Below are positions 1 through 8,167 of a stretch of 64,000 nt of DNA, piece after piece (the stretch's first letter is position 1; every line of letters begins with the position of its first letter). The position numbers were made by a program, and so were the translations under genes. Origin of the DNA: Deferribacterales bacterium (GTDB lineage: Bacteria > Chrysiogenota > Deferribacteres > Deferribacterales > Geovibrionaceae); assembly GCA_050251945.1 (NCBI GenBank), contig JBFWLW010000001.1:192001-256000 (forward strand), read 5' to 3'. Below the pieces are notes generated by a model. That model made no database searches, was not told where the DNA came from, and saw only the letters and a list, made by a program, of their open reading frames with translations.

Positions 1-32
1 CTAGTCACTGCCCTTTTTTTATAGGTATGCAT

Positions 33-449
33 ATGAATAGGATATTGACCTTAATAATACTGGCTGTTTTCTGCCTGACTTTTTCCGGATGTTTTGCCGG
101 CAAGACCGACGGTGTCAGGCTCATAAACGGTAAACCGGAGTGGTTCTATCATCCGTCCGACGGCTCAAGCATCGGCGGGGTGGGCGTAAGCGGTATACAC
201 GTTGACGGAAAGACCGGACAGAAAACACTTGCCATGCAGAGAGCGCTGGAGGAGATAGCCCGCCAGATGGGCGTTAAAGTGCAGAGTTTTTCGTCTCTGA
301 AATCGGTTTCCGACTCCACAGGCTCCGCAGTCAGCGGTGAAAGCAGCTCCTTTTTCACTGTAGACGGCAGCGAGGTCAAAGCACGCATTAAAGCTATGTG
401 GGAAGACCCTTACACAGAGGAGCTATATGTCTGGATGGTGACTGAATGA
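33..449 (+). CDS. LPP20-like lipoprotein
   Basis: Signal peptide with lipobox (FSGC). Motifs PEWF, A..RALEEIARQ and ELYVWMV resemble LPP20 family. Start could be 27 or 33. Confidence 0.7.
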   Translation: MNRILTLIILAVFCLTFSGCFAGKTDGVRLINGKPEWFYHPSDGSSIGGVGVSGIHVDGKTGQKTLAMQRALEEIARQMGVKVQSFSSLKSVSDSTGSAVSGESSSFFTVDGSEVKARIKAMWEDPYTEELYVWMVTE

Positions 450-1633
450 AAAGATTTCTGATACTTTTTTTTGTTCTGGTCTCTTTTGCTGCATATGCCG
501 ACAGTTTTGACGATTTTAAAAAAGCCCAGACAGGCGGTTTTGAAAGCAGTAAAGAGGAATGGTCAGCATATAAGTCCGGTACACTTAAAAGCTTTGAAGT
601 GTACAAGGATATAATGGACAAAGAATTCGCCAAATATAAGAACGATATTGCCAAAGTTTGGGACGATGTTGTCGTTTCCGATAACTATAAATGGGTTGAA
701 TATCTTAACGGCTATAGAATAAGAAAAATCGTTGATTTTGATAAAGGTATCGTCACCGTTGAGGTGGTTTCAGATAAAGCGAAGCCGGATTTCACACCTG
801 TTGTTAAAGACCTGCTGAATGAAGATTCGGCAACGGCATTCCGCAGAGATCCCGTTACTTCAAACACCGAACAGAAGCTTAAGGAACAGGTGCAGGGCGT
901 CACCACTGATAAGGTGAGAGCTGATCCCATAATGCAGAATCTCTATTCCGATAAACCGATGACTGACAGTCAGGTCAACAACCTTGCCAAACAGCTTGTT
1001 TCCGGCGCTGACTATTCACAAAAACCTTCGGATAAGACCGGACAGACAGTTTACAGTATGACGGTGAAACTTCCCGACGATATCTATAAAAAGGGTGCCG
1101 ATGAAGTTAAACAGCATGTGCTGACATATGCCGGACAGTTCAACCTTGATCCGGCACTTGTGATGTCCGTTATATATACAGAAAGCAGATTTAACCCTAT
1201 GGCAAAGTCTTATGTCCCCGCGTACGGGCTTATGCAGATAGTTCCGCAGTCGGCTGGGCTTGATGCAACAGAGTTCCTTGAGGGGACGCAGAGAGTGCTT
1301 GCGCCTTCATACCTGTATAATCCGGAAAATAATGTCAAAGTAGGTGCGGCATATTTTTATCTGCTGTACTATAAATATTTCAAGGGCGTGACCAACGATA
1401 CAAGCCGGCTTTACTGCTCCATTGCGGCTTATAACACAGGCGCGGGAAATGTCGCATACGCCTTTAATAAGAACGGCGGAAAGAACAAATACAATCTGTC
1501 AGCGGCTTTGCCTGCAATAAACGCCATGTCATCCGACGAAGTCTATAACTATCTTAAGAACAATCTGAGATATGAAGAGGCGCGAAATTATATCGTCAGA
1601 GTGAATGGAAAGATAAAAGATTACAGGGAGTAA
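446..1633 (+). CDS. MltC-like murein lytic transglycosylase (N-terminal DUF3393-like region + SLT domain)
   Basis: Signal peptide. SLT motifs TESRFNP (catalytic Glu), AYGLMQI, AAYNTG and EEARNY. Confidence 0.88.
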   Translation: MKRFLILFFVLVSFAAYADSFDDFKKAQTGGFESSKEEWSAYKSGTLKSFEVYKDIMDKEFAKYKNDIAKVWDDVVVSDNYKWVEYLNGYRIRKIVDFDKGIVTVEVVSDKAKPDFTPVVKDLLNEDSATAFRRDPVTSNTEQKLKEQVQGVTTDKVRADPIMQNLYSDKPMTDSQVNNLAKQLVSGADYSQKPSDKTGQTVYSMTVKLPDDIYKKGADEVKQHVLTYAGQFNLDPALVMSVIYTESRFNPMAKSYVPAYGLMQIVPQSAGLDATEFLEGTQRVLAPSYLYNPENNVKVGAAYFYLLYYKYFKGVTNDTSRLYCSIAAYNTGAGNVAYAFNKNGGKNKYNLSAALPAINAMSSDEVYNYLKNNLRYEEARNYIVRVNGKIKDYRE

Positions 1634-1637
1634 ACTT

Positions 1638-2267
1638 ATGAAAACACTAGCTGTTTTGATGATAGCATCCGCAGTTGTCTTCGGGTGTGCGGCAGAGAAA
1701 AAACCGGTTGTCAGACATAATTCCGCATCCTCACAGCAGATGATGGCGGAGGCAGCGCAACAGGAGATGGAAGAGGACATTCAGAACGGCACAGTCACAC
1801 TTCGTGAGCCTGTTATGAACGTTCCGCAGACCGCAAAACCTGTAGACGAACCCAAACAGCCCCTTCCTGAAAAGAAAGTTTCCAGCGTTATGTCGCTTAA
1901 ACCCGTTACAAAGTACCCCATTAAAAACGGATATCCGGAATGGTTTTATACCCCCACATACGACGGGTATATAGGTGCAGTCGGAATAGCTCCGAAACAG
2001 CCGAACGGCGGACTTTCGCAACAGAAAAGGGTTGCGCGGATGAACGCTCAGAGCGGGCTTGCGAAACAGATAGACGTTCTGGTCAAGACAGAACTAAACC
2101 TTGAATCCACCAACGTTGACCGTGCCACGGTCAAATACTATGAACAGAAACTTTCCACCCTCACAAAAGAGAGCGCAGATCAATATCTGTCAAATTATAA
2201 GGTTAAAGACGAATGGATAGACGACAGGACAGGAGAGTATTATGTTTGGATGGTGCTTGAAAAATAA
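1638..2267 (+). CDS. LPP20-like lipoprotein with Pro-rich linker
   Basis: Lipobox VFGC. NGYPEWFY..IGAVG and EYYVWMV mirror the 33-449 protein. Confidence 0.7.
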   Translation: MKTLAVLMIASAVVFGCAAEKKPVVRHNSASSQQMMAEAAQQEMEEDIQNGTVTLREPVMNVPQTAKPVDEPKQPLPEKKVSSVMSLKPVTKYPIKNGYPEWFYTPTYDGYIGAVGIAPKQPNGGLSQQKRVARMNAQSGLAKQIDVLVKTELNLESTNVDRATVKYYEQKLSTLTKESADQYLSNYKVKDEWIDDRTGEYYVWMVLEK

Positions 2268-2367
2268 ATCCTGACGATAGATATAGGTATCCATATTTGC
2301 TTGCTTTTTTTAACGGAATGAATTTAAATAGAAAACATACCATCTTAAATAAAACCAAAGGTTGGTC

Positions 2368-2685
2368 ATGAAGATTACGATTGATGACAAAGGAAGCGCT
2401 AAGGTTATACGCCCGTACGGGAAGATAGACATTCTCACATCTTCCGAACTGCGTTCAACCCTCAGCGAACTTACGAAAAAGAAAGTTATGAAGATAATAG
2501 TCGATCTTGCGCAGGTGACATATCTTGATTCATCCGGTCTTGCGACACTTCTGGAATCCCTCAAAAATCTAAAAGAATACGAAGGGAAGATGCAGCTTGC
2601 CAATGTGCCTGAAAGGATATTGAAGGTGCTTTCACTTATGAAGCTGGATCTGATATTCGACATAATTCAGGACGACACTATATAA
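2368..2685 (+). CDS. STAS-domain anti-sigma factor antagonist
   Basis: GKIDI...IIVDLAQVTYLDSSGL is the SpoIIAA/RsbV signature, with the phosphorylatable Ser. Confidence 0.9.
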   Translation: MKITIDDKGSAKVIRPYGKIDILTSSELRSTLSELTKKKVMKIIVDLAQVTYLDSSGLATLLESLKNLKEYEGKMQLANVPERILKVLSLMKLDLIFDIIQDDTI

Positions 2686-2720
2686 AAAAAGCCCGCTTGC
2701 TTGAAGCGGGCTTTGCTTTT
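2684..2720. terminator. Bidirectional intrinsic terminator
   Basis: Stem AAAGCCCGCTT/AAGCGGGCTTT with A-run and T-rich flanks, between convergent genes. Confidence 0.85.
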
Positions 2721-2721
2721 A

Positions 2722-3417
2722 TCAGTCCTGAATGTCTGCTTTCCATCCGCTGAAAATAGAGCTTATATCGCCAGAGTGGGTTCTGAAGTCAACCAGAACA
2801 GCCGCATACAGGTGGACTATAAGGAATGCAACAGTAACGTATACCACGAAATAGTGCAGATATCTTACCCATTGGTTCGACATAATACTGAATATTGAGC
2901 CGAAGAACAAATAGTATCCGCTGTCGGTGTTTATCTGTGACCAGAGTGCAAATCCGCTGAATATCTGGAACAGGAACACCATGAATATGGCTATATAAGC
3001 GTATTGCGCCATAGGGTTGTGCGTCAGCATGTGCGGAGGTTTGTTGTTAACAAATCCGTAATATTTCAGATAGGCTATTATCATCTTTCTGTCTTCTTTG
3101 TTAAACGGGTTGTAGAAAGTGCGGATATTTGAGTATTTGTTGCCCACAACACCCCACCACATACGCGAAAGTACACTTGTGGCAAAAACCACCCCTGTAA
3201 GGTAGTGGACAAATCTTGCATAACCCATCATGTAGGGGAAATCAACCGGATTCGGTTTCAAAAACGGGTAGTGCATATAAAGTCCGGTCATTGCCAGAAT
3301 TATGACGCAAAGCACGTTGATCCAGTGTGTTATACGCACGACCGCCTGCCATACATATACGAAACCCCGCGCCGGGCAGTCCTGCCGGAGGTCTTCTGCT
3401 GCTGCTATTGTTGACAT
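2722..3417 (-). CDS. Ni/Fe-hydrogenase b-type cytochrome subunit (HyaC/CybH family)
   Basis: VYVW..VRITHWIN, RFVHY, HNPMAQ, RYLHY, IVHLY and ISSIFSGWK. Four TM helices with heme-ligating His residues. Confidence 0.88.
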   Translation of the reverse strand: MSTIAAAEDLRQDCPARGFVYVWQAVVRITHWINVLCVIILAMTGLYMHYPFLKPNPVDFPYMMGYARFVHYLTGVVFATSVLSRMWWGVVGNKYSNIRTFYNPFNKEDRKMIIAYLKYYGFVNNKPPHMLTHNPMAQYAYIAIFMVFLFQIFSGFALWSQINTDSGYYLFFGSIFSIMSNQWVRYLHYFVVYVTVAFLIVHLYAAVLVDFRTHSGDISSIFSGWKADIQD

Positions 3418-3510
3418 GGCATCCTCCTGAATTTTTTTTATACATAAGTGTATAACTATTTTAAGGAAATATCCATCAAACCTTTGTTTAAAGCAAGGGA
3501 AATATGAACA

Positions 3511-4086
3511 TTAGATGATATTGTCCAGCTCCGGAAGGATGACGTCAAGAAAGTATTTTACGCTGGCCAGGTCTGATTTCGCACATTTTTCTTTTATTTC
3601 AAGATATTTGCGTTTGAAGGGCGAATTGTTGCCCAGTTTGACTTCTGTGAGACATTCAAGCATTGCGTCGATGTAGTCTGCGTATTTCAGTATTCTGCCT
3701 TCAAGGGTTTCGTCTTTTCCGCTGAAAAGCAGCCCGTGATAGATTTCTTTGTAAGGTTCTTCTATATCAGACAAGAGCAGTTCGTCCACTATCATGTTCT
3801 CAATATCGGCAACTGCCGCCTTCATTTTCGGTGTTTTGTTTTTTATATGGCTGAGAATATCTCCCGTATACGCTTCTATAACGTCGTGATTGAGAGCTTT
3901 CTTATAAAGAATTTCCCAGTTCACGCTGCTTCCGTGCTGTTCTTCAATAATTCCGAGCATTTGCGCTATTTGTGTAACGAGAAACGAGTGCTCTGAAACG
4001 GACGACCGCACATGCATGAAATCGCTTGCCCATCTGCTGATGTGATTAAGTTTTCTTGCCGCAAGAAGGTATTGTCCAAGTCCCAT
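3511..4086 (-). CDS. YfbR-like HD-domain 5'-deoxynucleotidase
   Basis: RW...SVSEHS, ALNHDVIEAYTGD and ADYID motifs. Confidence 0.85.
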   Translation of the reverse strand: MGLGQYLLAARKLNHISRWASDFMHVRSSVSEHSFLVTQIAQMLGIIEEQHGSSVNWEILYKKALNHDVIEAYTGDILSHIKNKTPKMKAAVADIENMIVDELLLSDIEEPYKEIYHGLLFSGKDETLEGRILKYADYIDAMLECLTEVKLGNNSPFKRKYLEIKEKCAKSDLASVKYFLDVILPELDNII

Positions 4087-4188
4087 TTCGTCCTCCCTAT
4101 TATGGTATCGTATAAAAATATAAGATGTTTAGTGATGATTTTTTATTTTTGAGATGTTATATTTATAAAAAATAAAGCGTGCAGGCAA

Positions 4189-5445
4189 ATGATATTCGAT
4201 AACTTTCTGGTGGGACGCCAGCCTATCCTTGATGCGAACGAGGAAATATTCGGTTATGAGTTTTTGTTCAGAAAGGCTGGCTGCACTGAAAACAAAGCAG
4301 AAATATATGATTCGGTTGTTGCCACCTCAAGGGTGCTGGTCAACATATTCCAGAATTTCGGTATAAAAAGCCTTACAAACGGTAAATACGCGTTCATAAA
4401 CATTGATGATGACATAATCGTGCAGGATGTTATTGACGTTCTGCCGAAGGACAACGTTGTTTTTGAGATAGTCGAAACCACAAACGTCAAAAAAGACGTG
4501 GTGGAAAGGATAGCGGCATATCACAGAGCCGGATATCTTTTTGCTTTGGATGATTTTGTTCTCAGTTCCGAATATTTTTCAATGTTCATGCCTTTGTTCC
4601 CATACGTTGAATATCTGAAAGTCGACATGAAAGAAAACTGCCTGATGAAAATGGAACGTGTTGAAAAAATATTCCACGGGCGGCATATGAAGCTTCTTGC
4701 GGAAAAAGTTGAAACGCGCGAGGATTTCGATTTTACGAGAGACTGCGGATTCGAGCTTTTTCAGGGGTTTTTCTTTGAAAAGCCGACAATAATGAAAAAG
4801 AAGAACATAGAACCGGGAAAGGCGACCATACTGCGTCTGCTTTCCCATCTTTCACAGAATGCTGAGCTTGACAAGATAGAAGCGGAGTTCAGGATTCAGC
4901 CGGAGCTGACCCTTAAACTTCTTAAACTTATAAATGCCTGTTCATACTGCCTTCGCAGCGAGATAATAAGCATCCGCCACGCTTTAACGCTTATCGGCAG
5001 AGAGAACATGCGCAAATGGCTCACCATCATGCTTTATGCCAGCACAGGCGGCAAAAGATTCAAATCCACCATGCTTGAAACTGCAATGCTTCGCGCGCAT
5101 ACTCTGGAGCTTCTCTGCGTGCGTGTTTTCGGCGAAAATTACCATGGAAGAGCCGACGCTTTCTTCATCGGGTTGTTGTCATATGTCGATGTTGTTCTTG
5201 GGATTACGAAAGAAGATCTTATGGATTCCATCAGCGTGAAACCGTTAATAAAAGAAGCAGTGCTTGACAGAAAGGGAGAAATAGGGAATCTTCTTGCTAT
5301 ACTTGAAGATGTGGACGACAACAATTCCGAGATAAAAAGGAATAAGCTGGCAGTTCTGAAGCTCACCGAAGAGGATATCAGCGATATCAAATTCAAAGGG
5401 CTTGACTGGCTGGCGGAACAGCAATCCGTTTACAACAGCATCTGA
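4189..5445 (+). CDS. EAL + HDOD domain protein (YuxH-like)
   Basis: RQPI, GYEFLFR, ALDDF, LAEKVET and FQGFFF (EAL), followed by helical HDOD (LTLKLLKLIN, SIRHAL.LIG). Confidence 0.9.
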   Translation: MIFDNFLVGRQPILDANEEIFGYEFLFRKAGCTENKAEIYDSVVATSRVLVNIFQNFGIKSLTNGKYAFINIDDDIIVQDVIDVLPKDNVVFEIVETTNVKKDVVERIAAYHRAGYLFALDDFVLSSEYFSMFMPLFPYVEYLKVDMKENCLMKMERVEKIFHGRHMKLLAEKVETREDFDFTRDCGFELFQGFFFEKPTIMKKKNIEPGKATILRLLSHLSQNAELDKIEAEFRIQPELTLKLLKLINACSYCLRSEIISIRHALTLIGRENMRKWLTIMLYASTGGKRFKSTMLETAMLRAHTLELLCVRVFGENYHGRADAFFIGLLSYVDVVLGITKEDLMDSISVKPLIKEAVLDRKGEIGNLLAILEDVDDNNSEIKRNKLAVLKLTEEDISDIKFKGLDWLAEQQSVYNSI

Positions 5446-5474
5446 AAGCACTATACTTGTCCTGAAGGCGGGAT

Positions 5475-5702
5475 ATGGCAAAAACATCAAAGTGTTCCGG
5501 TAAAAATATCATAGTCGAAGACTCAAAATGTGCCCAGTGTGTCCATCTCAGACGGCTGCTTATACCGGAAATGAAAACCTGCTTCAGCCTTAAATGCGCT
5601 GCGGCGGATAAATATATGAAAACACCAAGAAAATCCTGCACCATGTTTGAACCGGAGACATGGGAGAAATTTCTCGATATCGGAGATGAAGATGAGAATT
5701 GA
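5475..5702 (+). CDS. Small Cys-rich hypothetical protein
   Basis: 75 aa with 6 Cys including CAQCVH. Fills the gap between neighbours and overlaps the malic enzyme start. Confidence 0.6.
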   Translation: MAKTSKCSGKNIIVEDSKCAQCVHLRRLLIPEMKTCFSLKCAAADKYMKTPRKSCTMFEPETWEKFLDIGDEDEN

Positions 5703-7032
5703 ATATTCTAACAAGGTAATAAAAAAACTTACGGTCAAAGTTACTGATAAACCCGGATTTTTAGGTCAGCTTACAACTGTAATCGGCAGATGCGGCGGGC
5801 TTATCGGCGAGGTGTCCACTGCGCACCTTGGGAAAGGATACAAAATACGCGCCCTTGACGTTTATGCAGAAGATGAAAACGCTCTTAACGACATGTTCGC
5901 CGCCATTAAAACACTTGAAGGGGTTGAGCTTGTTTCTGTCACAGACATTGTTGAGGAAACCCATGAGGGCGGAAAGATAGAGATACGACCTACTGTGAGT
6001 ATCAACAGTCTGGACGACCTGCGCATTGTTTATACTCCGGGTGTTGCGTCAATCTGCCATAAGATACATAAGAATCCGGCTCTTGCCCGCAGATTTACAA
6101 CCATCAGCAACAACGTTGCTATAGTTACAAACGGAACCGCCATACTTGGTCTCGGCGACATAGGACCTGTTGCGGGGATGCCTGTTATGGAAGGAAAGGG
6201 GATGCTGTTCAAGATACTTTCGGGGATTAACGGCATACCGATACTTCTTGATACCAAAGACCCTGAAGAGATAATAAACACCATTAAGCATATTTCTCCT
6301 ACTTTCGGAGCCATTAAACTTGAAGATATCAAAGCTCCCGAATGTTTTGAGATAGAAGAAAAACTCGACGCAATGCTCGATATCCCCGTAATGCATGACG
6401 ACCAGCACGGAACAGCCGTTGTTGTACTTGCCGCGCTGCTCAATATAGCAAAATATACGTTTATCAACCTTCGCGAGTCAAGCGTGGGTATTATAGGTCT
6501 CGGCGCCGCCGGAACAGGCATCATGAAGCTGCTGAAAGCATACGGCGTGAAAACTTTCAACGGTGTCGACCTTGACGTTTCAGCTATGGAGAGATTTGAA
6601 ACTCTCGGCGGAAACAGAAAAGACCTGCGCGGTGTAGTTGCTGAGTCAAGAATTGTGATTGCCACCACAGGATGTCCGAACCTGATTACTCCGGACATGG
6701 TTCAGGAAGGGCAGGTGATTCTTGCTCTTTCAAACCCGAATCCCGAAATAGACCCTGATGTCGCCGTCAAACACGGTGCTATATTTGCCGCCGACGGTAA
6801 ATCAGTCAATAATGCGCTTGCTTTCCCTGGGCTTTTCAAAGGCGCTCTGACAGCAAACGCAATAACAATAAACGATCAGATGAAAATAGCCGCTGCGAAG
6901 GCGATAGCTGCGTTCGCACTGGAAGGCGACCTTGTCCCTAACATCCTCGATAAAAACGTCCACGATGCAGTTGCAAAAGAAGTTGAAACCGCCGCATACC
7001 GCTCCGGAGCAGCAAAATTCATAGATGAATAA
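5692..7032 (+). CDS. NAD(P)-dependent malic enzyme with N-terminal ACT domain
   Basis: DKPGFLGQL (ACT), YTPGVA, GTAILGLGDIG, MEGK, HDDQHGTA, GLGAAG and NNALAFPG. GGAG lies 6 nt before ATG 5692. Confidence 0.93.
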   Translation: MRIEYSNKVIKKLTVKVTDKPGFLGQLTTVIGRCGGLIGEVSTAHLGKGYKIRALDVYAEDENALNDMFAAIKTLEGVELVSVTDIVEETHEGGKIEIRPTVSINSLDDLRIVYTPGVASICHKIHKNPALARRFTTISNNVAIVTNGTAILGLGDIGPVAGMPVMEGKGMLFKILSGINGIPILLDTKDPEEIINTIKHISPTFGAIKLEDIKAPECFEIEEKLDAMLDIPVMHDDQHGTAVVVLAALLNIAKYTFINLRESSVGIIGLGAAGTGIMKLLKAYGVKTFNGVDLDVSAMERFETLGGNRKDLRGVVAESRIVIATTGCPNLITPDMVQEGQVILALSNPNPEIDPDVAVKHGAIFAADGKSVNNALAFPGLFKGALTANAITINDQMKIAAAKAIAAFALEGDLVPNILDKNVHDAVAKEVETAAYRSGAAKFIDE

Positions 7033-7105
7033 TGCATTGTGGAAATTATGAAATTAATTTGTTATACTTTGTCTTACCGTTAACAGATTAATTTTGGAGG
7101 ATCGT

Positions 7106-8098
7106 ATGAAAAAGTTTTTTCTTTTCATTGCAGCCGCGCTTTTTGCGGTTTCGCTGGTTCCGACTGCATTTGCTAAAACTTTCGTAACCATAGGTACGGG
7201 TGGCGTTACCGGTGTCTACTATCCTACCGGCGGTGCTATCAGCCGTATGGTAAACAAAAAATCCGACGTATACGACATTAAATCCACTGTAGAATCAACA
7301 GGCGGTTCTGTTTATAACGTTAACGCTGTTATTGCCGGCGACCTTGAGTTCGGTATTTCTCAGTCAGATATTCAATATCAGGCTTTCAAAGGTCTTGAAT
7401 CGTGGAAAGACAAAGGTCCCCAGAAAAAACTTCGTTCAGTTTTTTCTCTTCACCCTGAAATAGTAACTATAGTTGCTACCGAAAACAGCGGAATCAAAAA
7501 ACTTGCCGACATGAAAGGTAAAAGAATCAACATCGGCAACCCCGGTTCCGGTCAGTACATCAACTCCGAAGATGTTTTCGATGCGGCAGGTCTTAAATTT
7601 TCCGACGTTAAAGTCGAGAAAGCGAAAGCCGTTGAATCACCCGCTTTGCTTCAGGATGAAAGAATTGACGCTTTCTTCTATACTGTAGGTCATCCCAACA
7701 GCAACATCAAAGAGGCTACATCCGGTCGTATTAAAGTACGTTTCGTACCCGTTGAAGGAGCTCAGGCTGACTACCTCATTAAAAAATTCCCTTACTATGT
7801 AAAAACTTATATCAACATTAAAGATTATCCCACAGCATCAGGCGATGGTAAAAACGTTCCTGCTGTCGGCGTTAAAGCAACACTGGTAACTTCTTCCGAC
7901 GTACCGGATAAGGTTGTTTACGCTATCACTAAAGAAGTATTTGACAACTTCGACGAGTTCAAGACCCTTCACCCTGCATTTGCCAACCTTACAAAACAGG
8001 AAATGCTTGAAGGTCTGACTGCTCCCGTTCACCCCGGCGCGCTTAAATATTACAAAGAAGCCGGACTGGACAAGTACATCAGTTCTAACCTCAGATAA
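7106..8098 (+). CDS. TAXI-family TRAP transporter solute-binding subunit
   Basis: Signal peptide, IGTGGVTGVYYPTG, TGGSVYN, GNPGSG and PVHPGALKYY. Confidence 0.93.
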   Translation: MKKFFLFIAAALFAVSLVPTAFAKTFVTIGTGGVTGVYYPTGGAISRMVNKKSDVYDIKSTVESTGGSVYNVNAVIAGDLEFGISQSDIQYQAFKGLESWKDKGPQKKLRSVFSLHPEIVTIVATENSGIKKLADMKGKRINIGNPGSGQYINSEDVFDAAGLKFSDVKVEKAKAVESPALLQDERIDAFFYTVGHPNSNIKEATSGRIKVRFVPVEGAQADYLIKKFPYYVKTYINIKDYPTASGDGKNVPAVGVKATLVTSSDVPDKVVYAITKEVFDNFDEFKTLHPAFANLTKQEMLEGLTAPVHPGALKYYKEAGLDKYISSNLR

Positions 8099-8118
8099 TT
8101 TTTCAAAAATCAATTCAG

Positions 8119-8149
8119 CGGGGTCGGTTTTCCGACCCCCGTTTTATTT
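8119..8149 (+). terminator. Intercistronic hairpin with T tail (attenuating terminator or mRNA stabiliser)
   Basis: GGGGTCGG-TTTT-CCGACCCC followed by GTTTTATTT, between the binding protein and permease genes. Confidence 0.65.
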
Positions 8150-8167
8150 ACTCGAAAGAGGTAATCT

